From NCBI GenBank assembly GCA_965221125.1, contig CBDCRW010000004.1:736001-800000 (forward strand): DNA of 64,000 bases, written 5' to 3'. The notes beneath the pieces were generated by a model. The model saw only the letters and a program-made list of their open reading frames with translations, did no database searches and had not been told where the DNA came from. Position numbers and translations under genes: made by a program. This DNA is from Alphaproteobacteria bacterium (lineage in GTDB: Bacteria; Pseudomonadota; Alphaproteobacteria; UBA828). Shown here piece by piece: positions 19,314-27,788 of the stretch (within the stretch, counting starts at the first letter, position 1; each line of letters opens with the position of its first letter).

Positions 19314-20169
19314 GGTTGTGACAGAGGCGAGATCGCCAAATGCCGCGGTTCGGGGGCATGCGTTTCCGTCGCTGGAGTCGGGAAATACCTCTTTTCCGGA
19401 TGGACGATACGTAGTGGGATTCGAAGCTGGGGCTGACGCGAGTTCGTTTACTGTGAGGCATCGCATTGAGGGGGCTCCGCTGATTAACGACGTGATTACA
19501 GGCGGGCTCGCACAGTTCGTCTGCACGGTGGCCTCCCCAAACTCTTCGTATCGAGTAAGCCATGTGTCGGATGCCAGCTCCCACGTGATTGGTTGGCAAA
19601 GCGTGGATCTTGGCGAGCCGCCGATGTTCACGCCGATGGTAGTTGTTGCAAAACCGTTTACAAGGACGCTGGAATCGGCAAGAGACGGTGTCCACGAGCT
19701 CTGGCACGGTCGGACAGTCGCATTCCAACGAGGCATGAGGCTTGCGTTGAGCGATGTCGTGCTGATGCGTTCATCGGTTTTGAATATGTTGCTGTTCGAG
19801 CGGGATCCCGCGCTTTCAAATGGCGAGTTCCGTGTTGAGGCGGAGGATCGAGAGGGATTTCGATTTCGTGCGTATCTTGCCCCCGATCTTCACCAATTCC
19901 TAAGGTATGACACTGAAGACTTGCGGCGAAGTCACATCGTAACGCACATAGTGAGCGCGTGCTTTGGCGTGCTGAAGGCGGATTATGCGGAAGACGAGGA
20001 GGAAGACGGCGGTTGGCGGTCCTATCGCGGTCTCCAGGCTTTGGGGGAGATGTTGAAGGAACACGGTTTGCCGCACTGGTCAGAGGACGACTTCTCGCCG
20101 GAGTTGGCTGCCACCAAACTTTACCCGCACCGGGTCGATGAATCTCCCGGTTCAGCCGGAGAGGACTGA
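19306..20169 (+). CDS. Hypothetical protein, partner of the GHKL ATPase
   Basis: ATG 19306 overlaps the previous stop by 8 nt; beta-rich N-terminal half. Confidence 0.7.
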   Translation: MDEVVTEARSPNAAVRGHAFPSLESGNTSFPDGRYVVGFEAGADASSFTVRHRIEGAPLINDVITGGLAQFVCTVASPNSSYRVSHVSDASSHVIGWQSVDLGEPPMFTPMVVVAKPFTRTLESARDGVHELWHGRTVAFQRGMRLALSDVVLMRSSVLNMLLFERDPALSNGEFRVEAEDREGFRFRAYLAPDLHQFLRYDTEDLRRSHIVTHIVSACFGVLKADYAEDEEEDGGWRSYRGLQALGEMLKEHGLPHWSEDDFSPELAATKLYPHRVDESPGSAGED

Positions 20170-20177
20170 GACAATCC

Positions 20178-21056
20178 GTGTACGCTGAGTTCGATGATGC
20201 GGGATACACCAAACTACGTCGATCGCTGATCCGAAAGGCGGCCAAGGGTTCTATTGCTCAACGGTCGTTTCTTGAGGCGGTACGCGATACCGGTAGGTTT
20301 TTGGCGCACATGAAGGACGTCGTAGGCGTACAGGAAGGTGAGGAACTGGAGCCGCTGGCGGATCGAATGTCGGAGGCAGAGTTCGGGAATCCACCTTCTG
20401 ACACCGAGCGGCGCCTGTTCGAGGCCTGGGGTGGGTTGACACCGAGAGTTGCTTGTCGAACGGCATTTTGGGCACGCGTGACCTACCGGCACATTGAGAA
20501 CGGGCGGATAGAATCATCGTTCTTAGCGGCCAATGGTGGTGGCAACGTGAGCGGCGTACAGCGCATCGATGAAGCATTGAGTTCCACTGGCGAGAAAGCG
20601 ACTTTGGAGCTGGATAGATGCGTACGAACGGTGCTCAGGCGGCTCGGTGGATTGCCTGAGGCGCGCGGGAATCGATCAGTCTACGTGAACTGCCCACTAG
20701 CACGGGCTTGGTGGCGGGAACGTTTGGTCGCGGAGATGGCGGGGGACGATGGTGACGATCTGGAACGGCAGATTCGCGCCGTGGTGCATCCCGAGAGCCA
20801 ACAATATTGGGAAGAGTTGGTAACTTTCGTTGTGTCGAGAAACTCGGTGTTCGGTTCGGTATCGGTTCGAGACACCTTAATTCGCACCCTCGCCATGGTC
20901 TTGGATGATAATCCTGATTCGCCAGTGCGAACGGCTGATGAACTAAGGCGTGTATGCCGATCTGTGAGCTCCATACAGGCGTCGGTCGAACTGAGTGTCG
21001 TGCCACCCCAGGAGGTGCAAACCATGATGCGGGGAATTGTCGAGGCTGTGGCGTAG
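20178..21056 (+). CDS. Hypothetical helical protein, possibly DUF6339-like
   Basis: LTPRVACRTAFWARVT and CPLARAWW recall DUF6339 motifs from memory (unverified). Confidence 0.6.
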   Translation: MYAEFDDAGYTKLRRSLIRKAAKGSIAQRSFLEAVRDTGRFLAHMKDVVGVQEGEELEPLADRMSEAEFGNPPSDTERRLFEAWGGLTPRVACRTAFWARVTYRHIENGRIESSFLAANGGGNVSGVQRIDEALSSTGEKATLELDRCVRTVLRRLGGLPEARGNRSVYVNCPLARAWWRERLVAEMAGDDGDDLERQIRAVVHPESQQYWEELVTFVVSRNSVFGSVSVRDTLIRTLAMVLDDNPDSPVRTADELRRVCRSVSSIQASVELSVVPPQEVQTMMRGIVEAVA

Positions 21057-21067
21057 ACTGTGGGGGC

Positions 21068-22252
21068 TCATTGCACCGTGGTTTTGTCAGCACTCTGAAC
21101 GGACGACAGGTTCCCACCGATGCTCCCGGTGATCCGCGCGGCAGCGTTCTGGATGGAATCTCGGGCGAGGTGAGCGTACCGGGCGGTGGTCTGCACCTGC
21201 GTGTGACCGAGCAGCTTCCCGATCATGGTCAGGCTCTCGCCGAGCGCCAGCGCCCTCGAAGCATACGAATGACGAAGGTCGTGAATTCGCACGTCCTCCA
21301 GACCGGCGCGAGCGCGGATGCGGCGCCAGGGGCGCTGGAGATCGGTGATGTGGGAGCCCGGCAGCCTGCCGCGGATGACCCAGGGGTTGTCCTCCTCGCG
21401 GGGCACGGCCGCCAGCACGGCGCGGGCCTCGGGTCCGAGCGGCACGACCCGTCCGCCGGTCTTCGCGTCGGGGAGTTCGATGCAGTCGTCCTTGACGTAT
21501 TCCCAGCGCAAGAACTGGATCTCCGATAGCCGGCAGCCGGTCAGCAGCAGCAGACGGAAGGCGGCGACTGCGGAGGGCATCTCGCTCTCGGCCTCGGCGA
21601 GAACCTCGCCCAGGCGCTCGGTCTCCTCGGGCGAGAGGAACCGCTCGCGCTTGCTCTCCTTGTAGCGCTTGACGTGACGGCAGGGATTGGACCCGTCCGG
21701 CCGCAGGCCCCAGATTTCGGCGAGCGAGAACATCTTGGAGAGCACGCCGAGCGTCCGGTTCGCCTGGTAGGGCTTGTCGCGAAGGTCGAAGTGCAGCTTG
21801 GCGATGTCCTTGCGCTCCACGCCGGCGATCCGCATCTCGCCGATCGCGGGGTCGATGAACAGCTCCACCGACCGCCGGTATTCCCCCTGGGTGCTGGGCT
21901 TGCAATGGACGGGGACATACTCCTCGAGGAAGCGCCTGCCGAGATCGGCCATGACCGGCTCGGCCTCCGGCTTCGCGTCGGCATCGCGCGGGTCGATGCC
22001 CTTCTTCGCCTGGGCCAGGATCTCCAGCGCCGCGGCTCTCGCCTCGTCGGCGGTGATGCGCCCGTGCTGGCCGATGGTGAACCAGCGCAGCTTGCCGCGG
22101 ACGCGGGTCTGAAGGACGTAGTTCTTCCGACCCGACTTCCGGACGCGGAGGCCGAAGCCGGTCAGCTCCCCGTCCCAGTAGATAGTATCGGCGCCGTTGG
22201 CCTTGACGGCCTCGACGGCGCGTCTGGTGAGCTTGGGGATGCGGTTTGGCAT
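21068..22252 (-). CDS. Tyrosine integrase with arm-binding domain
   Basis: TGCRLSE, HDLRH, LLGH, TTARY catalytic residues; adjacent to the tRNA fragment. Confidence 0.95.
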   Translation of the reverse strand: MPNRIPKLTRRAVEAVKANGADTIYWDGELTGFGLRVRKSGRKNYVLQTRVRGKLRWFTIGQHGRITADEARAAALEILAQAKKGIDPRDADAKPEAEPVMADLGRRFLEEYVPVHCKPSTQGEYRRSVELFIDPAIGEMRIAGVERKDIAKLHFDLRDKPYQANRTLGVLSKMFSLAEIWGLRPDGSNPCRHVKRYKESKRERFLSPEETERLGEVLAEAESEMPSAVAAFRLLLLTGCRLSEIQFLRWEYVKDDCIELPDAKTGGRVVPLGPEARAVLAAVPREEDNPWVIRGRLPGSHITDLQRPWRRIRARAGLEDVRIHDLRHSYASRALALGESLTMIGKLLGHTQVQTTARYAHLARDSIQNAAARITGSIGGNLSSVQSADKTTVQ

Positions 22253-22441
22253 GGGACAAAATTCTTGACGTTGGAAGAGCAGTCTAGCAAGCTGGCAAAC
22301 TATTGGCAAACACTTTGGATGGTTTCGCAGCGCAGGAAAGGCGGCGCATGCGTCCGCAAAAATTATGAAAAGGCCAATATATCAGCAGTTTGTCAACATT
22401 CAGTCGTCGTCAGCGCATCTGAGACGCAGTTTGTGGTCACA

Positions 22442-22486
<45 letters not shown>

Positions 22487-22488
22487 CA

Positions 22489-22525
22489 GAAAACGCCGCT
22501 GATCCAATGGATTAGCGGCGTTTTC
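22489..22525 (+). terminator. Hairpin after the tRNA fragment
   Basis: GAAAACGCCGCTGATCC-AAT-GGATTAGCGGCGTTTTC followed by T-rich sequence. Confidence 0.7.
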
Positions 22526-22880
22526 ATTTTCGGAAGGATTCTTCCGAAACGCAGTTCGGAATGCATTCGGAATGGAATCTGCGGGAACGCAGGAGGACAC
22601 CAGAGCATATGGGACCACGAAATCGGGGATTATTGGATTATGGCGACATGGTGACGGCGAGGGCGGCCAGCACGGAGGAATCTCCTAACGTGGGCGCGCT
22701 GCTGGTCCGAGCGATCGCCTCTCGCGTCTGCTTGCGAGCAGCTCACTATCGCGTGCGGCCTTTCGGCGGACTCTAGTTGCCCGATTGCGGAGTTCCTCAC
22801 GCCGAATCGGGCGGGCGACAAGCGTCTATGCCAACGCGCTGATGACCGCGTTTCAGGTTGTCCGTTCTCGAACACTACCT

Positions 22881-24104
22881 CTACCCGTTGCGCCGATTAC
22901 GTTCCGCCTCTGCCATTTTTGGCGTGAAGACGGTGAATGTGTCCTGCATGATCGTCTTGTCCGCGCAGGGGTGATGCAGGCCCAACAGGTCGTTTTCACC
23001 AATTACCCGATATACCGTGTAGCCCTCGCCCACACCCTTCAGGCACATTGGAGTGATGTCTTTCTTGACGTACCGGAGGGTGTGATCGAAGCGGGTGGAC
23101 GAGCCCCCTCGGTCGAGCGGACATTCGATCATGGCCCTTTGCAAGCCGGTGCCGTCCAGGCCCTCTTCCGACTCTTCCGAACGGTCAACGACTCTTTCGA
23201 ATAGTGCTCGGCCTACAGTGACAACGCACGGCAGGGCGAATTTGGTCGCTCGGAAGAATCGATCCACCTCCCAACCGATGTAATCGGTTCGAAATGCCGT
23301 GATTAGCCGTCTCCCATCTGCCATGAGGCTGCCTGCGTGGAGGCGGTTCCCCAGCTCGATGAAGTCCTCGTTGTTCGAGCTTTCCCCGGTACCGATGATT
23401 TCCGGCAGGCGCTCCGTCACGAAATCGCACCGTGGCCCGCTGACCTCGAAGGCGTCGTCCAGAATGTCCATATAGAACTTGAGCGGCAGATTCCTGATCT
23501 CGAACGGTCGGTCGCCAGGCTCTTCGTCGTCCGCGGCGGACGTCCAAAAGATCGCACGGCCGGCGACAGCGAGGGCGGAATGGAACAGGCGGGCTGCCAA
23601 AGACCGCAGCTTCCACAACTCGTCCTCGCCGACCTCGTACAGCAGCCAGATCTCGTCTCCGATGCCCTTGACCACAAAGGCATGCTTCCAATCCCAATCC
23701 AGCCCGCAGTGCCCGTCTTGAAACAGCTGCGTGTAGAATCTCCACTCTGACAGCAGGAATTGCCGGTGGAACGCCTTGTACCATTCGGCTAGTTCCTCGT
23801 CGTTGCGCGCGCACGCCCTCATTGTCGCCTTTGCCTCCGTGGAGCCGCAGACGTCCATCGAGATCGATATCACCGTCGTTCGACCGCGGCTCTCCTCCTT
23901 TGGTTCGGGTCCGGGCAATTGCGCACGCAACTCCTGGAGGAGGCCACGACGTTCGGGTTCGGGCTCCCGGCTTGCCATGAAGTCGAGGCACCTCGCCATC
24001 CGCTCCCGATCGTTCGGGGATGTCACAGCAGCTTCGGCAGCACATGCTGCGAGCGCGGCGTCCCTGCTGACTTCGTCGTCTCCAGATCTCCCGTGCACCG
24101 CCAT
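22881..24104 (-). CDS. Class III nucleotide-cyclase-like protein, probably 5'-truncated
   Basis: SMDVCGST, KGIGDE, DYIGWEVDRFFR match the cyclase motif pattern. Confidence 0.7.
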   Translation of the reverse strand: MAVHGRSGDDEVSRDAALAACAAEAAVTSPNDRERMARCLDFMASREPEPERRGLLQELRAQLPGPEPKEESRGRTTVISISMDVCGSTEAKATMRACARNDEELAEWYKAFHRQFLLSEWRFYTQLFQDGHCGLDWDWKHAFVVKGIGDEIWLLYEVGEDELWKLRSLAARLFHSALAVAGRAIFWTSAADDEEPGDRPFEIRNLPLKFYMDILDDAFEVSGPRCDFVTERLPEIIGTGESSNNEDFIELGNRLHAGSLMADGRRLITAFRTDYIGWEVDRFFRATKFALPCVVTVGRALFERVVDRSEESEEGLDGTGLQRAMIECPLDRGGSSTRFDHTLRYVKKDITPMCLKGVGEGYTVYRVIGENDLLGLHHPCADKTIMQDTFTVFTPKMAEAERNRRNG

Positions 24105-24108
24105 GGCC

Positions 24109-25371
24109 TCAAGGGCGATCCAGGAATGGGGCCCTTTTGGGCGAAGTGCCTCGACAATGTCTGCAGTCTCCGATGCGCGACCAGTACGTGGCCGCCGTCG
24201 GGCGCACGAGCTTCGCGAAGTCGATGTCGAGCCGGGCCACCGTGGCTTCGAGCTCGGGCCGGGCCTGGGGCTCGAAGGCGAGCTGGCCCTTCACCGTGCG
24301 CGCGACGCAGGCCGCGAACAGCGCCTGCTTGTCGGGCTCGGGCAAGGCCCTGAGCGCCGCGAAGGATTCGCCATCGTCTGCGATTGTCAGCCAGTCGAAC
24401 GGCAGGTGCGAGCGGTCCGCCAGCATCGCCTCGCCCGGCGACCAGTCCGCGAAATCCTCGTCGTTCATGCGGATGTTGGGCCGGTCCGGGGTCTCCTTGA
24501 CCGCGATGTCGAGGGCGTGGTCGTGGTAGCCCGGCGCGAACACCGAGCGGCCCATCTGGAACAGCGCGAGGTCGAAGGCGGCCTCGAAGTCGCCGGCGAG
24601 ATAGGCCTTGATGAGCGCGGTGCGGATCGCGCGCTGGTCGTCGGCGTGGCCGATGCCGACGCCCGCCTCCTTGCGCGCCTCGGCCTCGCGGTCCCTGGGC
24701 GACGCCATCGGCGTCGAGACGGACGGACCGGAGGTGTGAACGCCATGACCGGCAGTGTGGACGTCGTGGGCAGCTGCGTCCGGGTCGTGGCCATTGCCGG
24801 CCGAGGTTGCCGCGCTGCCGGGCCCCGCCTGCTTCGGCATGTCCTCGGGCTTCACCAGCCCCTGAACGACCTGAAGCGAGCCGTCCTGGGCGACGGTGAC
24901 GATGCAGCCCGCCATGCGGTGGACGATCGAGCGGTCCTGCTCGCGGTTGCCACAGGCGATGATCGCCGCCCCGGGCGGAGCCTCGTACTCGCCGATCTTG
25001 CGCTCCAGGCAGAACTGGAAAAGCGCGACCTGCACCATGGGGACGGAGGACGGGAGCTCGTCGAGGTTGACGAGGAACTGCGAGACGCTGTCGGTCGGCG
25101 GAAGGAATCCGGGCGGCGCCCAGCGTGTGCGGCCGTGCTCGTCGCGCCACGGGATGCCGCGCAGGTCCACGGGATCGAGGAGGGGGCCGCGGATGTCGAT
25201 GTACTCGTAGCCGAGCCGGTCGGCGGTCTGGTTCGCGACCTGACTCTTTCCGGTTCCCGGGCCGCCCCAGACCATGCAGGGCTGGCGGGCCTTGACCAGG
25301 GTGGCGAGGACTTCGGCGAGCTCGCTCGGGCGCAGCGTGTAGTCGGCGGAGATGGTTTCGGGAAGGGTCAT
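24109..25371 (-). pseudogene. In-frame chimera: MoxR-like AAA ATPase N-terminus fused to a ParB-like protein C-terminal part
   Basis: WGGPGTGKS, LDEL, ACGNR up to VHRM, then AGCIVTVAQDGSL...RPTAATYWSRI typical of ICE/plasmid ParB tails. Confidence 0.65.
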
Positions 25372-25628
25372 GGGCGGTCTCCGGATGGCGGGGAAGCGGG
25401 GCGGCCCGGACATCCTCCGAGCCTCGTCTGAACGCGCCCCGGAAGGGCCCACTCCCCTCCCGTGGGAGTTGCGGCAGGCGGGAGAAGCGGGTTACGCGCG
25501 TGGAGGGCGACCGGGCGAGAGTCGGGGCAAGGGCTGGTGGACAGCAGTGGCCGGTCGCGAGGGCGTCGAAACGGTCGGTAGTGCCAGGCCCATTGCCGCC
25601 CCGGCAGGCAGGGTGCTAGATATCGGCC

Positions 25629-25919
25629 ATGCGAACCTGGAGCGACAACATCGAGGCCGTCGCGCGCGCCCTCTGCGAGAAGATGCTGGCGCATGACGGC
25701 GTCAGCGAGGAGCAGCTCGCCGCCGACGTCGACATGTGGTGGCACCAGGTAGCGGCGGAACTTGAGTGCGGGGTCATCGACGAGGCCGGCGAGTATGTCG
25801 GCGGCGAGATCGACGTGAAGCGCAAGATGGCCGGCTACCGCGACTGGATGCGCCGCCATCCCGGGAGCCGCGCGGTCTGGGAGACCGCCCGACACGGGGC
25901 GCCGCTACCTCGAAACTGA
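25629..25919 (+). CDS. Hypothetical protein
   Basis: 96-aa ORF with high-GC codon pattern. Confidence 0.6.
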   Translation: MRTWSDNIEAVARALCEKMLAHDGVSEEQLAADVDMWWHQVAAELECGVIDEAGEYVGGEIDVKRKMAGYRDWMRRHPGSRAVWETARHGAPLPRN

Positions 25920-26762
25920 GGCGGCTCGGAACCGCGCCGGGCGGTCCCCATTCAGGCCTCGGGGCGGGAGCGGCGTGGGTACGGCGCCGTCGACCGGAAT
26001 GCCCGTCAGCTCCGGCAGAAACTTCCGCGTGGGCGAGAGCGTGTGGGCGATTCGCCGTTCGAGTTGCGCGTATTTCGCGTAGAGGCCCGGACGAAGCTCA
26101 GCGGCGCGTCGCAGATCGCCGCGGGACGCCAGGATGCAGAAGCTGCAACTCAGCCTCGACATGCCGGCGGCGTAGGCCCGGTGCGGCGATTGGCCGGCGT
26201 GACGGATGACGCGGAACACTTCTTCCGTCGAGAGATCGAAAACCGGCAGCCAGTCGAAGACCTCGCGGCCCGCGACGCTCATTCGCTCGTTGCGCCGCCA
26301 GCGCGTCTTCCTGGCGCGCGCCGGGCTTTCCTCCGCGCGCATGCCCATGGCGTTGACGAGCCGCCCGCCGAAGCGGGGATGGGTCTTAAGATAGCGGCGC
26401 AACTCGCGCTGGATCGGGCCAGCCTTGTAATCGCTGGTACACCATCGCGCCGAATTCGAGGGCCAGAGACCCCGTTCCTCGACCCGTTCGAGCAAGGTCT
26501 TGCCGGACGCGACGGGGGCGAATATCAGCGGCACGCCAGCGGGAAGCGTTGCCTCGATATGCTCGATGGTGCCCGGCCACTCGACCTCGCCGAGCGGGGC
26601 GTGAACGGCCACGATCTGGTCGCGGGGAACGATCCGGGACAGCAGGATCGTCATCGCCTGCGAGTCCTTGCCACCGCTGGTGTTGATGGCGACGAGGGCA
26701 CCGGCCCGGATCATTTGGTTGCACCGCGGCGGCACGGGAACATCGGCGATGCGGCTGGACAT
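25905..26762 (-). CDS. PAPS-reductase-family (PP-loop) protein
   Basis: NTSGGKDS, RWCTSDYK, GMRAEESPAR, RLSCSFC. Confidence 0.88.
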   Translation of the reverse strand: MSSRIADVPVPPRCNQMIRAGALVAINTSGGKDSQAMTILLSRIVPRDQIVAVHAPLGEVEWPGTIEHIEATLPAGVPLIFAPVASGKTLLERVEERGLWPSNSARWCTSDYKAGPIQRELRRYLKTHPRFGGRLVNAMGMRAEESPARARKTRWRRNERMSVAGREVFDWLPVFDLSTEEVFRVIRHAGQSPHRAYAAGMSRLSCSFCILASRGDLRRAAELRPGLYAKYAQLERRIAHTLSPTRKFLPELTGIPVDGAVPTPLPPRGLNGDRPARFRAASVSR

Positions 26763-27014
26763 GGATCGGCCTCTCCGGTGGCGACGCGGGGTCCGCTCTT
26801 CGGCCCCCTGGAATCGCCCGGAGGACGCCGGCCTCGAACGCCTGACGCCGAACCGCAGGACCATGCCGTGCGAAACGCCGGAGGCGCCGCTCGGGCAGGA
26901 TGGGCGCGGAATGACCGCTGCCGGAATCGAAATGGCCGGCGCTTCGTGCTAACCGTGGGCGCCGGCCTCGGCTATGGTCTGTAGGGAGAACTGGACAACG
27001 CAGGGAGAGAGCGG

Positions 27015-27299
27015 GTGAACAAGACGGAGATTGCGGGCCGCGTGGCCGACCGGATCGGAGTCGGACGCTCGGCGGCCGGGGACGCAGTGGATGCCGTGTT
27101 CGAGGCGATTGGGGAGGCCCTGGCCATGGGCGAGGACGTGCGAATCGTCGGCTTCGGTACCTTCGGCACACGGAGCCGATCCGCCCGCACCGGACGCAAT
27201 CCGAGGACCGGAGAGAGCCTGAACATTGCCGCCTCGACCACGCCGACCTTCAAGGCCGGCAAGCCGTTGCGGGACGCCGTGAACGCAGGCGGGTCGTGA
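27015..27299 (+). CDS. HU family DNA-binding protein
   Basis: MNKTEI...GFGTF...GRNPRTGE...FKAGK. Confidence 0.95.
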   Translation: MNKTEIAGRVADRIGVGRSAAGDAVDAVFEAIGEALAMGEDVRIVGFGTFGTRSRSARTGRNPRTGESLNIAASTTPTFKAGKPLRDAVNAGGS

Positions 27300-27587
27300 T
27301 CGGCGATCGAGGACAAGCGGGGACAGGAGGGGCCGCATGTTGAATTCGGCCGATTGCCGCTCGAAGACAGCGCGCGCTATAGGCGAGACGCGGTGCTGCG
27401 GGAAATCAAGCAGGAGTAAGGGGTTGATGCTGGGGCACCCTGCCCGCTACCGGCGAGCTGACGAAACAAGCAGATACAGTACTTCAACGGCCTTCGAGCA
27501 ATACCAACCCACGCATTGCGTCGGCGGTGAGATTAGGGCTTGGAGCGTCGGCCATATTATTGTGTAACCATTGACCACATCAAACTT

Positions 27588-27782
27588 ATGAGCGGAAAGG
27601 ACACAGAATTGCGTATCCGGGTCGAGCACAAACACCGAAAAGAGATTCCCGCGGTGCGTCGCGCGCACGGCAGGCCTGCCATCCTGGTCGTACGTGACTT
27701 CATGCAATCCCACATATCCGAGTACAGGAGGGCAAGCTCAAGCCGTCGGCTACCGGCGGCTTCGGTGAACGAAAATCTGTGA
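27588..27782 (+). CDS. Ribbon-helix-helix-like regulator upstream of the R-M genes
   Basis: KDTELRIRVE...VVRDFMQSHI strand-helix-helix pattern; ends 6 nt before mod. Confidence 0.5.
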   Translation: MSGKDTELRIRVEHKHRKEIPAVRRAHGRPAILVVRDFMQSHISEYRRASSSRRLPAASVNENL

Positions 27783-27788
27783 GGACGT

